From Candidatus Woesearchaeota archaeon (GTDB taxonomy: Archaea > Nanobdellota > Nanobdellia > Woesearchaeales > UBA12501), in assembly GCA_016180035.1 (NCBI GenBank), contig JACPCA010000008.1, forward strand, positions 1 to 48,250: a stretch of 48,250 bases of DNA, given 5' to 3'. Each line of letters starts with the position of its first letter. Within the stretch, counting starts at the first letter, position 1. Of the stretch, positions 1 to 8,450 are shown piece after piece. A program made the position numbers and the translations under genes. Under the pieces are notes generated by a model. That model saw nothing but the letters and a program-made list of their open reading frames with translations, had not been told where the DNA came from and did not search any database.

Positions 1-218
1 AATGCCCGGTCTTTCCAGCCAATGCACGGATACTCGGTGGACGGTCGAATAGTAAACGCGAACGGAGCGCAGCAGCGCCGCCCATTTCAGGAGGAGAATG
101 GCACTGCTGCGCTCCATTCACATATAGAATCGGCCATGAAACCGAGTCTTCAGCCATCGTCCTGGAACGGATGACTTCGCTAGGCAGCAGTGCCATTCCC
201 TACATTCGGGACAGAGCC
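1..218. mobile_element. MITE-like element, family I, copy A (left part lost at window edge)
   Basis: 55-218 aligns colinearly with 18044-18207 (copy B) with scattered substitutions. Same right terminus ATTCGGGACAGAGCC at 204-218. Confidence 0.6.
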
Positions 219-227
219 AAAAGAAGC

Positions 228-443
228 GGCTCTGTAGAAAGTCTGCACTGCCGCCAATTTGTGAGCCCCTACTATACCTTGTTTTAGCCCGTTGCAGGGG
301 GTTGTCTCCTTGCGAGATGCCAAAAATCCGCAGATTTTTGAGCATCCCTTACGGGGATGCAGGGCTCTCGATTAAAAAACAAGGGGCGAACCCAGCGGCA
401 GTCGAGCAAAACGAAGTTTTGCGAGAAGACTTTTTACAGAGCA
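228..443. mobile_element. MITE-like element, family I-related, copy C
   Basis: Termini GGCTCTGTAGAAAGTCT (228-244) and AGACTTTTTACAGAGC (427-442) are inverted repeats (15/16). Flanked by direct repeat AAAAGAAGC (219-227 and 444-452). The interior is a chain of hairpins. Confidence 0.65.
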
Positions 444-501
444 AAAAGAAGCGCAACATTTAAAATCAGCAGCGAGTTAAACATCCAAAAAGAGGTGTGT
501 C

Positions 502-2016
502 ATGGCTCAGGCGTATCTAAACTATATCGGCGGCCAGTGGGTGCCGTCATCTTCAGGCCAGACCTTTGAGAGCAGGAATCCTGCCAACCCAGCTGATAGT
601 CTAGGCTCCTTCCAGAAGAGCACGCCGAAGGACATGAAAGAGGCGATTGATGCTGCCGAGCGCGCCTATCCCGACTGGAGCAGGATGCCGCCGCCAAAGC
701 GGGGAGAGATCCTTCTGAAGGCAGCAGAGCTGCTGCGGCAGAACAAGCACCGGCTCGGCCAGCTGGTAACTAGAGAGATGGGCAAGCAGATCAAGGAAGG
801 GCTTGGCGACGTGCAGGAAGCCATTGACATTGCAGAATATGTGGCAGGAGAGGGCCGGCGCCTGTACGGGCATACTACGACGTCAGAACTGCCGGACAAG
901 TTCTGTATGACGATCCGCAGGCCTGTCGGCATTGCCGGGCTCATCACGCCATGGAATTTTCCGATTGCCATCCCTGCCTGGAAGCTCCTGATGGCCCTGA
1001 TCTGCGGCAACAGCGTCGTTCTCAAGCCATCTTCAGACACGCCATTGTGCGCCATCGAGCTCGTCAAGATCCTGGACCAGGCAGGCGTTCCAAAAGGGGT
1101 TGTCAATCTTGTCGCAGGCAGTGGGAGCGAGCTTGGCGATGCCCTGGTCATGGACCCGAGAGTGAGGGTGGTCTCCTTCACCGGCTCCAAGGCAGTGGCA
1201 GAGCACGTTATTCGCTCCGCTGGCTTAAAAAAAGTCGGCATCGAATCTGGGGGAAAGAACGCGATCATCGTCATGGACGACGCTGACCTTCTTCTTGCTG
1301 TTGATGGCGTGGTGTGGGGAGCTTTCGGCACCACGGGGCAGCGGTGCACTGCCTGCTCCAGAGTCATCATCCACCAAAAAGTCCAGAAGGCATTTGAAAA
1401 GATGCTGCTTGACAGGCTCCGAAAGCTCAAGGTCGGCGACGGGATGGCGTGTGATGTCGGCCCTCTGGTGAACCAGCAGGCCCTGGATAAGGTTGCCAAG
1501 TATGTGGAGATCGGAAAAAGCCAAGGAGCAAAGCTGCTCTGCGGCGGGAGGCCTATCAAGAAAGCAGGCTATTTTTTTGAGCTGACCGTCTTCACCAATG
1601 TCAAGCCATCGATGAGGATCGCCCAGGAAGAGATATTCGGACCGGTCCTGTCCATTATCCCGGTGGTGTCATTTGAGGAAGCTGTCCGCGTGTGCAACAA
1701 CACCGAGTACGGCCTCAGCTCCGCCATATACACGGCAGATATCAACAAGGCGTTCAAGGCGATGGAGCATATCGAAACTGGGATCACCTACCTCAATTCC
1801 AGCACGATCGGCGCAGAAGTCCACCTGCCCTTTGGCGGGGTGAAAGGGACTGGGAATGGGACGCGCGAGGCAGGCATCGAGGGCATCCATGAATTTTCTG
1901 AAACAAAGACCGTGTATGTTGATTATAGCGGAAAGCTTCAGAAAGCGCAGATTGACACTGTTGAAGCCAAGCGCATGGCAGGCCATGCCGGCAGCAAGAA
2001 GAGAGTGAAGCGATGA
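502..2016 (+). CDS. NAD(P)-dependent aldehyde dehydrogenase (semialdehyde dehydrogenase-like)
   Basis: 504 aa. ALDH hallmarks ITPWNFP, IESGGKNA (catalytic Glu region), GQRCTACSR (catalytic Cys), EEIFGPV. AGAGGTG RBS upstream. Stop overlaps the next start (ATGA). Confidence 0.9.
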   Translation: MAQAYLNYIGGQWVPSSSGQTFESRNPANPADSLGSFQKSTPKDMKEAIDAAERAYPDWSRMPPPKRGEILLKAAELLRQNKHRLGQLVTREMGKQIKEGLGDVQEAIDIAEYVAGEGRRLYGHTTTSELPDKFCMTIRRPVGIAGLITPWNFPIAIPAWKLLMALICGNSVVLKPSSDTPLCAIELVKILDQAGVPKGVVNLVAGSGSELGDALVMDPRVRVVSFTGSKAVAEHVIRSAGLKKVGIESGGKNAIIVMDDADLLLAVDGVVWGAFGTTGQRCTACSRVIIHQKVQKAFEKMLLDRLRKLKVGDGMACDVGPLVNQQALDKVAKYVEIGKSQGAKLLCGGRPIKKAGYFFELTVFTNVKPSMRIAQEEIFGPVLSIIPVVSFEEAVRVCNNTEYGLSSAIYTADINKAFKAMEHIETGITYLNSSTIGAEVHLPFGGVKGTGNGTREAGIEGIHEFSETKTVYVDYSGKLQKAQIDTVEAKRMAGHAGSKKRVKR

Positions 2017-3434
2017 AAGGCCAGAATCCCGCATTTGGCTGCCGCGTTCCGGGAAAGCTGTCTCTTGAGTACATCCGAAGAGATACCCGAGTCGTCTCGC
2101 CATCGTACAGCAGGGAGTACTCGTTTGTCTATAAGAAAGCAAGAGATGTCTGGCTGTGGGATGTGGACGGCAACAAGTATCTCGACTGCGCCGCTGGCAT
2201 CGCGGTCATGAACGTCGGCCACACGAATCCTGACGTCGTGAAAGCGATCAGGGAGCAGGCAGGAAGAGGATTGCATGCGGGCTTTCCAGATTTCTATGCC
2301 GAGCTTCCCGTGCGATTCTGCGAAGAGCTTGTCAAGCACATGCCGGACGCGTCCATGAACAAGGTCTTCCTGTCCAATTCCGGAACAGAATCTGTCGAGT
2401 GCGCCTACAAGCTGGCGCGGTGGCATACGAAAAAGAAATGGTTTATCGCGTTCGATAACTGCTTCCATGGCAGGACGATGGGCTCGTTATCCATGACGAA
2501 CTCCAAGCCTGTCCAGCGCGAGCGCTTCGGGCCGTTCCTGCCGGTCAAGCACACGCCCTACCCGAACCCGTACCGATGGGGAGATGGGCATTTGGGAAAC
2601 GGGCAGAGCGGTGGAAGAGATAGTGACAGGCACAGCAGTGGCAGGAACAGAGATGTTTCTCCAGAACAATGCAGCAGCGAGGCGCTTGCCCTGCTGGAGA
2701 AAGCTATGAGATCAACAAAAGGAAACCTTGCCGGCATCATGGCAGAGCCTATCCAGGGAGAAGGCGGCTATATTGTCCCGCCAAAGAATTTTTTTAAAGG
2801 CGTCAAGAGATTATGTGAGGAGCATGGCGCGCTGTTCTGCTGTGACGAGGTCCAGGCAGGAGCGTACCGCACCGGATCCTTCTTGTCCATCAGCAACTTT
2901 GGCGTCACGCCCGACATCGTGAGCATGGCAAAGGGCATCGGCGGCGGAGTCCCAATCGGCGCCACCGTTGCCTCTCCTAAGATTATGGATTGGGGGCCTG
3001 GAAGCCACTCCAACACGTTTGGCGGAAATCTGCTGTCCTGCGCCGGAGGCATTGCTGCGTTACGATATATGGACAAGCACAAGCTTGGAGAGAATGCCAA
3101 GCGTGTCGGGGCGTACCTCCTGTCCCGCCTCAAAAGACTGGAGGACGATCATTGTATCATTGGCGACGTGCGCGGCATCGGCCTCATGATCGGCGTAGAG
3201 CTGGTCAAGAACAGGGACACCAAGCAGCCGCTCTCGCCTAATAGCCTGAACATCATCCTGTGCGAGGCGATGAAGCACGGCCTGCTCCTTCTTCCCTGCG
3301 GGAAAAACTCAATCCGATTCTGCCCGCCGCTCACGATGACAAAACAGCATGCGGATCTTGCCGTGCTCCTGCTGGATGCGGCCCTCACGAGCTGCAAGAA
3401 GCAGGATAGTGCACGAAGCGGTACACAACAATGA
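2013..3434 (+). CDS. Class-III PLP aminotransferase (acetylornithine/GABA aminotransferase family)
   Basis: 473 aa. Motifs SNSGTESVE, EPIQGEGG, CDEVQAG, and SMAKGIGGG with the PLP lysine. Has a lineage-specific G/S/R-rich insert (about 2580-2700). Confidence 0.9.
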   Translation: MKGQNPAFGCRVPGKLSLEYIRRDTRVVSPSYSREYSFVYKKARDVWLWDVDGNKYLDCAAGIAVMNVGHTNPDVVKAIREQAGRGLHAGFPDFYAELPVRFCEELVKHMPDASMNKVFLSNSGTESVECAYKLARWHTKKKWFIAFDNCFHGRTMGSLSMTNSKPVQRERFGPFLPVKHTPYPNPYRWGDGHLGNGQSGGRDSDRHSSGRNRDVSPEQCSSEALALLEKAMRSTKGNLAGIMAEPIQGEGGYIVPPKNFFKGVKRLCEEHGALFCCDEVQAGAYRTGSFLSISNFGVTPDIVSMAKGIGGGVPIGATVASPKIMDWGPGSHSNTFGGNLLSCAGGIAALRYMDKHKLGENAKRVGAYLLSRLKRLEDDHCIIGDVRGIGLMIGVELVKNRDTKQPLSPNSLNIILCEAMKHGLLLLPCGKNSIRFCPPLTMTKQHADLAVLLLDAALTSCKKQDSARSGTQQ

Positions 3435-4405
3435 CCTCTCTTCACCTCCTCCAGCAGTTGTGCAACACGATCGGCCCAAGCGGCGCCGAGGGAAATGTGC
3501 GGAAGATGATCGCAAAAGAGATCAAGCCGTACGTTGATGCCATCTCGGTCGATAAGTTCGGCAATCTCATCGCCCACAAGGTCAAGAGCGTGCAGGACAA
3601 CGGCCAGCTCACCTTTTCTGTGATCGGCGGCGTTGACCCTGTCGTCCTCATCGGGCACACGGCATCCGTGCTGAATTCCAAGAATCAGGTGGCCTGCAAG
3701 GGGGTCATCACGTTTGAGGAGCTCCATGAAGACCTTGAAGTCACCGGCATGCCGAAGCTCGGCGACCTGTACATTGACACCGGGCTGAAAAAAGAAGAGC
3801 TGAAAGCCCTGGACATCGGCGCAGGAAGCTATGTCGTCTTCACGCACCATTTCACCACGCTCGGCAGCGAGAAGATCATCTCCGGCAAGGCGTTGGATGA
3901 CCGGATCGGCTGCTACATCCTCATCGAGGTCGCCAAGAGGCTGAAAAGCGTGAATCAGGATGTCTATTACGTTTTCACCGTGCAGGAAGAGATCGGCCTG
4001 TACGGCTCAAAAGTGTCAGCCTACAATGTCGAGCCGGACTGGGGCATTGCTATTGATGTCACCAACGCAGACGATTCCAGCGAAAAAAATCTTATCAACA
4101 TGGGCAAGGGGCCTGTCGTGGTGCTGATGGATGCGGAGATCATCACGACCAGATGCATTGATGAGTGGCTCAAGGCAGTGGCCAAGAAGCACAAGATCCC
4201 GCTCCAGCTGAAGGTTGATGAGGTCGGAACCACCGACGCCACGCAGATCATGCTGCACAAGGAGGGCACGCCGTCGTCTGTTCTTGGCGTCGCTGTCCGG
4301 AACCTGCACTCCTCGGTCGGCATCGCCCACACCGACGATATTGCCAACGCCATCCAGCTGGTGTATGAGCTGCTGAAGAATCCTCCCAATATTTGCATTG
4401 AATAA
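3431..4405 (+). CDS. M42 (TET/FrvX) family peptidase-like protein, first metal-ligand motif missing
   Basis: 324 aa. Motifs ALDDRIGC, VQEEIGLYG, AIDVT and the C-terminal LHSS region are present. The AHMDEIG-type segment is absent. Confidence 0.8.
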   Translation: MTSLHLLQQLCNTIGPSGAEGNVRKMIAKEIKPYVDAISVDKFGNLIAHKVKSVQDNGQLTFSVIGGVDPVVLIGHTASVLNSKNQVACKGVITFEELHEDLEVTGMPKLGDLYIDTGLKKEELKALDIGAGSYVVFTHHFTTLGSEKIISGKALDDRIGCYILIEVAKRLKSVNQDVYYVFTVQEEIGLYGSKVSAYNVEPDWGIAIDVTNADDSSEKNLINMGKGPVVVLMDAEIITTRCIDEWLKAVAKKHKIPLQLKVDEVGTTDATQIMLHKEGTPSSVLGVAVRNLHSSVGIAHTDDIANAIQLVYELLKNPPNICIE

Positions 4406-4457
4406 GAAAGAAGTGAATAAGAAAGAAGTTGCGATGACCAAACAATAAGGTGGAATC

Positions 4458-5573
4458 ATGCTCGCGAAATCCATCATCTGCATCAACTGCAAGAAGGAGT
4501 TCTCCCCCTCTCTGGTCGTGTACGAGTGCGAGGAATGCGGCGGGCCAGTGGATATCATGTATGACTACGAAAAGATCAAAAAGCACCTGATCACCAGCCT
4601 GTTCTACCAGCAGAAGCCGACCCATTGGAAGTACCACCTGTTCTACCCGATCGAGGATCTCGACAAGAGAGTGACACTGGACGAGGGCGGCACGCCGCTT
4701 CTTCCATCAGTCCGGCAGAAGGGGTATTTCTTCAAGATCGAAGGGCAAAACCCGACAGGATCGTTCAAGGACAGGGGCAGTACTGTCGAAATAAGCAAGG
4801 CGGTCGAGCTCGGTGTGGCAGAAGTGGCGTGCGCGACCACCGGCAACATGGGATCGTCGGTCGCAACGTACTGCGCCCGCGCAGGCTTGAAATGTTCTAT
4901 CTATCTCCCCTCGTTCGCGCCAAAAAACAAGGTGCTGCAGATCCGCATGATGACAGACTCCGTGCATATCGTCAAGGGAACGTATGAGGATGCGCTGCGC
5001 AAGACGAAAGAGCTGCGGAAGAAGAAGCATGTCTACCTCACCGGCGATTATGCCTACCGCGGCGAGGGAGAAAAGTCCGTTGGGTTTGAAATCCTTGACC
5101 AGCTCAACTGGAACGTGCCGGACTATATCGTGCTGCCGGTCGGCAATGCGACCCTGTTTTCTGCAACGTACAAGGCATGCATGGAGATGAAACAGGTCGG
5201 GCTGATTTCCAAGCTGCCGCGGCTGGTGGCAGTGCAGTCCGCCGGGTGCAAGCCGCTGGTTGACGCGTTTGAGAAAGGCATGCATCACATCCCCTTAGTA
5301 AAACAGCCGCAGACGCTTGCTTCAGCTATCGCGTGCGGCAATCCTGTTGATGGCCTGAAGGCCCTGATCGCGCTGAAGAAGACGCGCGGGCTTGCGGTTG
5401 CCGTGAAGGACAGCGAGATCCTCAACGCCCGCGAAGAGCTTGCCCGCCATGAAGGGATCTTCGTCGAGCCCTCCGGCGCCGTGTCCTACGCAGGGGCGAA
5501 GAAGCTGCATCTGGATGGAAAAGTTGTTTGTGTCCTCACTGGGCATGGGCTGAAGGATGCGGAGAAGTATTGA
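4458..5573 (+). CDS. thrC: Threonine synthase with N-terminal zinc ribbon
   Basis: 371 aa. CINC..CEEC ribbon, NPTGSFKDRG PLP-lysine motif. AAGGTGG RBS. Confidence 0.85.
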   Translation: MLAKSIICINCKKEFSPSLVVYECEECGGPVDIMYDYEKIKKHLITSLFYQQKPTHWKYHLFYPIEDLDKRVTLDEGGTPLLPSVRQKGYFFKIEGQNPTGSFKDRGSTVEISKAVELGVAEVACATTGNMGSSVATYCARAGLKCSIYLPSFAPKNKVLQIRMMTDSVHIVKGTYEDALRKTKELRKKKHVYLTGDYAYRGEGEKSVGFEILDQLNWNVPDYIVLPVGNATLFSATYKACMEMKQVGLISKLPRLVAVQSAGCKPLVDAFEKGMHHIPLVKQPQTLASAIACGNPVDGLKALIALKKTRGLAVAVKDSEILNAREELARHEGIFVEPSGAVSYAGAKKLHLDGKVVCVLTGHGLKDAEKY

Positions 5574-5648
5574 ACGCTGTATGGGAAGGTAGTATAAGTA
5601 ATCGGCGGTAAGGTAGATATAATTGCAGGGTATAAGAAGTAATCAAGT

Positions 5649-6641
5649 TTACCTCTCATACCTCACCACCTTCTCCGTAAATCCCCGAACATCATCGGCT
5701 GTCTTGCCGGGAAAGGCCTCCATTTTCAGGACACGGTCGCTCTCGAGCTGGAAGGCAACGGTGCCAACAAGATAATCACTGTTTTTTGCTGACAATTTCG
5801 CAAAGCGTATCTCATCCCACAGTTCTCCTGACTCCGTATAATATTTTGTCTCCGCAAGGCCGTACACGACCATCCCTTTTTCTTTGTTGACTGACTCGGG
5901 GGCTGGAGCATTCCCTCGGACACTGAATGCTTGTGGAGAGCCGCCAAAATTGCCGATGGAAACCTGGATCTGTGACGGGTCGATGTGGTCATAGACAATG
6001 CTCAAGTCATCCTGCCAATACTGGGAGTTGGATGCATCACGCCCTATCCTGCGCCAGTTGCCAAGCAGTGTCCCGTCCTTGTCATACATGATCTTTCCGC
6101 CATATGGCTCTGTCATCTTGATATTTTTTGCGAGGAGAGCTGACCGGAGCGGCTCTGCAAGGTAATCAAAGGTATCCACCGTGTACAACGTCCATGTCTG
6201 AGTGTGCTCTGGAGCGATAAACTTGTTCTTGATACTGGTATCCATAATCTGGAAGTCAAACGAATGCGGGCCGACCGTGCCGATGGCCTGGCCTTTCTTG
6301 ACAGGAATTCTGGGAAAGGCATTAGGGTGCTGGCTCTCCGCGTTTCGGAATTCCACCTTCGCTTCAATGTCTGGAGCAAGCGTATCGATGTGGATAAGGC
6401 GGGTGTAGAAGGTGCAGGAATGCTCGAAAAAGACAAGGTAATTATTGATGTAGGGCTGGTCCTGATAGTTTATCTCGACCGGCTCTTTGAACAGCTCAAT
6501 ATTGATGATGTAGCCATCAGCAGGGGCTCGGACCTCGTAGCGATACGGGTCATCCGTCACGAGCGACTTGCTTTTAGTCTCTTTTGGGATAATGTACTGG
6601 TGGTCGGTCGGTGTCACGTGAGAATTCTGAACTCGGCCCAT
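5649..6641 (-). CDS. Hypothetical secreted protein, C-terminal part (frame stays open upstream to 6842 without an ATG)
   Basis: 330-aa ORF with protein-like composition. Contains a LytM/M23-like stretch PVKKGQAIGTVGPHSFDFQIMD. No signal peptide of its own. Confidence 0.5.
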   Translation of the reverse strand: MGRVQNSHVTPTDHQYIIPKETKSKSLVTDDPYRYEVRAPADGYIINIELFKEPVEINYQDQPYINNYLVFFEHSCTFYTRLIHIDTLAPDIEAKVEFRNAESQHPNAFPRIPVKKGQAIGTVGPHSFDFQIMDTSIKNKFIAPEHTQTWTLYTVDTFDYLAEPLRSALLAKNIKMTEPYGGKIMYDKDGTLLGNWRRIGRDASNSQYWQDDLSIVYDHIDPSQIQVSIGNFGGSPQAFSVRGNAPAPESVNKEKGMVVYGLAETKYYTESGELWDEIRFAKLSAKNSDYLVGTVAFQLESDRVLKMEAFPGKTADDVRGFTEKVVRYER

Positions 6642-6655
6642 CGGGACGATAAGCT

Positions 6656-7099
6656 CTATATTTCCAACATCAAGCGGGAATGTGTCGAGCTTGAACGAAC
6701 CATTCCCTTCACACCATTGAGTGAGAATGCCGCGCTGCTGGCCGTCCGAAGGGGATGGCTGCGAAGATGGCTGCTGATGGTCACCAAGCTCGCCAAGATA
6801 TTGGCCTTGTCGTCTTCTGTACGCCCATTTTCTTCGGTATGCCTATTGTTGGCTGCATTTTCCTGCCGGGCAGCATCTTGTTGGGCTGATGGAACAGGAG
6901 GAATCCACTCCCTGCCCTCTCCTTGGCCATCAGCGTGCGGAGCAGAAGTTGGAACACCCCCTGCATCAGCAGGCGCCATCGGCGGCGGAGGCATGAACTT
7001 CGGGAAGGGTGGTGGAGAACAGCCAGGAAGAACAGAGAAAACAACAAGGAGAAGAATGAGGGTGGGGAGGATGGCGTGAAGAATACCTTGTTTGTTCAT
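6656..7099 (-). CDS. Lipoprotein-type signal peptide plus Pro-rich linker fragment, probably the 5' part of the 5649-6641 gene
   Basis: MNKQGILHAILPTLILLLVVFSVLPGC, then a P/A/G-rich linker. The last ~50 codons look non-protein-like, and another frame is open across them. Confidence 0.45.
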   Translation of the reverse strand: MNKQGILHAILPTLILLLVVFSVLPGCSPPPFPKFMPPPPMAPADAGGVPTSAPHADGQGEGREWIPPVPSAQQDAARQENAANNRHTEENGRTEDDKANILASLVTISSHLRSHPLRTASSAAFSLNGVKGMVRSSSTHSRLMLEI

Positions 7100-7181
7100 G
7101 GTGCATCATAATCCAAGAAAGAGTATAAAAATGTTGTGGGGTTCGTCACAAACTAGGTTAGGCAGTACCTTACCATACCAC

Positions 7182-7190
7182 TTTATATAT
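7182..7190 (+). promoter_or_regulatory. TATA-like box (TTTATATAT) for the geranylgeranyl reductase gene
   Basis: Lies 22-30 nt upstream of the ATG at 7212. The same spacing recurs at several genes in the window (leaderless pattern). Confidence 0.4.
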
Positions 7191-7211
7191 CTTCTTCTCT
7201 CCCACTGGAAG

Positions 7212-8399
7212 ATGAGCTCGTCTGAAAAACAAGTCACTATCGTCGGCGCAGGCCCTGTTGGATGCTACCTTGGGCATCTCCTCTCCAAAGAGGGAGTTCC
7301 GACAACTATCATCGAAGACAATGCTGTCATCGGCAGCCCAGAGCAATGTACTGGCCTGTTCAACATCAATCTCGACGAGTTCATCAAGCCAAAGAAGGAC
7401 CATGTGCTCAACATGATCAAGGGCGCTGCGCTGTGCTGCGGCAAAGCATCAGTAGAGATCAAGGCAAAAGAAGAGAAAGCGTATGTGTATGACCGCATCA
7501 AGTTTGACCAGTACCTTGCCAGCCTTGCCATGGCATCCGGTGCAGCCATCCTGACCAAGACGCGCTTTGCCAGCTACACGAACCATACTGCTGCCGGCCA
7601 CACTGCTGCTGCCAACACCGCCAGGTCTTCAGCAGGGAGAAACAACTCTTCTATCCAGCTTCAGCTTCTGTCAGAAAACAAGCCGATAACCCGCGAGACG
7701 AGCCTGCTGGTCGGCGCTGACGGCCCCAACTCTGCTGTCGCCAAGAGCGCCGGCATCTTCGGCAGCCGCAGGTACTGGATCGGCAACCAGGTCTTCCTGG
7801 CCATGAAAAAGCCGTGGTTCGATAAGGAGCTCGCGTACTTATTTTTTGACAAGAAATATCACGAGGACTTTTTCGCATGGGTTGTTCCGATGGATGAATA
7901 TACAGCAAAGGTCGGCACGGCAAGCTATAAGAACTCCGCAGCATATCTTGGATCATTTCTCAAGGACAAGTTTGCCGGCGCAACGATTATCGGACGGCAA
8001 GGAGGGCTTATCCCCTATTATGATCCTGCCCTTCCATGCCAGAAAGAAAACGATGTTTTTCTCGTCGGTGACGCTGCTTTTCAGGTCAAGGCAACAACCG
8101 GCGGCGGCATCGTGCCGGGCTTCGCAGCTGCGCAACAGCTCAAGGACGCCGTCGCCCATGAAACGTATGATTATGGCAAGCGCATGGCAGCAGTCCGGCG
8201 CAATCTCTGGCTCCATCTGATGATGAGAAAGAAGATGAACAGGTTCTCGGACAAGGATTACGAAGAGCTGATCTCCACGCTCGGCAGGCCGCCTGTCCAC
8301 CGCATCCTTGCCGCGCAGGGGGACAATGATTACCCGCACAAGTTTCTTCTGAAGATGCTGTTCCATGCGCCGTCGCTGATGAAGTTTTGTGTGAAATAA
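7212..8399 (+). CDS. FAD-dependent geranylgeranyl reductase family protein
   Basis: VTIVGAGPVGCYLG dinucleotide-binding motif, LVGADGPNSAV, GDAAFQVKATTGGGI. The start was moved from the track ORF (7092) to the ATG at 7212, because 7092 overlaps the divergent gene start. Confidence 0.8.
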   Translation: MSSSEKQVTIVGAGPVGCYLGHLLSKEGVPTTIIEDNAVIGSPEQCTGLFNINLDEFIKPKKDHVLNMIKGAALCCGKASVEIKAKEEKAYVYDRIKFDQYLASLAMASGAAILTKTRFASYTNHTAAGHTAAANTARSSAGRNNSSIQLQLLSENKPITRETSLLVGADGPNSAVAKSAGIFGSRRYWIGNQVFLAMKKPWFDKELAYLFFDKKYHEDFFAWVVPMDEYTAKVGTASYKNSAAYLGSFLKDKFAGATIIGRQGGLIPYYDPALPCQKENDVFLVGDAAFQVKATTGGGIVPGFAAAQQLKDAVAHETYDYGKRMAAVRRNLWLHLMMRKKMNRFSDKDYEELISTLGRPPVHRILAAQGDNDYPHKFLLKMLFHAPSLMKFCVK

Positions 8400-8450
8400 G
8401 TTCTGTGTGAAATAGCTTAGCCTACCACAAATGTTTGTTAGGCAAAAAAT

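Noticed and set aside
1-25. On the minus strand this reads GGCUGGAAAGACCGGGCAUU, reminiscent of the RNase P RNA CR-I motif GGAAAGUCCGGGC.
   Set aside because: The stretch is homologous to the interior of MITE copy B (17990-18014), where the motif is not present. It deviates at a conserved position (A for U). No partner P4 strand or other conserved RNase P regions are visible.
118-345. 75-aa ORF (and the similar 113-aa ORF at 17928-18269) inside the family I elements.
   Set aside because: The two copies differ by substitutions and indels that do not preserve the amino-acid sequence but do preserve base pairing. The ORFs run across TIRs and target duplications.
666-1559. Long antisense or alternative-frame ORFs: 666-1559, 3149-3850, 4707-5288, 6204-7079, 12446-13198, 14236-15024, 20033-20653, 24327-25310, 41119-41922, 43289-44293, 44363-44998, 46201-47019.
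   Set aside because: These are shadow ORFs opposite or overlapping genes with strong family signatures. Their composition is biased (R/S/A/L-rich), and none has recognisable motifs or independent start signals.
7092-7211. N-terminal 40-aa extension of the geranylgeranyl reductase ORF.
   Set aside because: It overlaps the divergent gene's start codon. The Rossmann motif follows directly after the ATG at 7212, which has a TATA-like box at the leaderless spacing.
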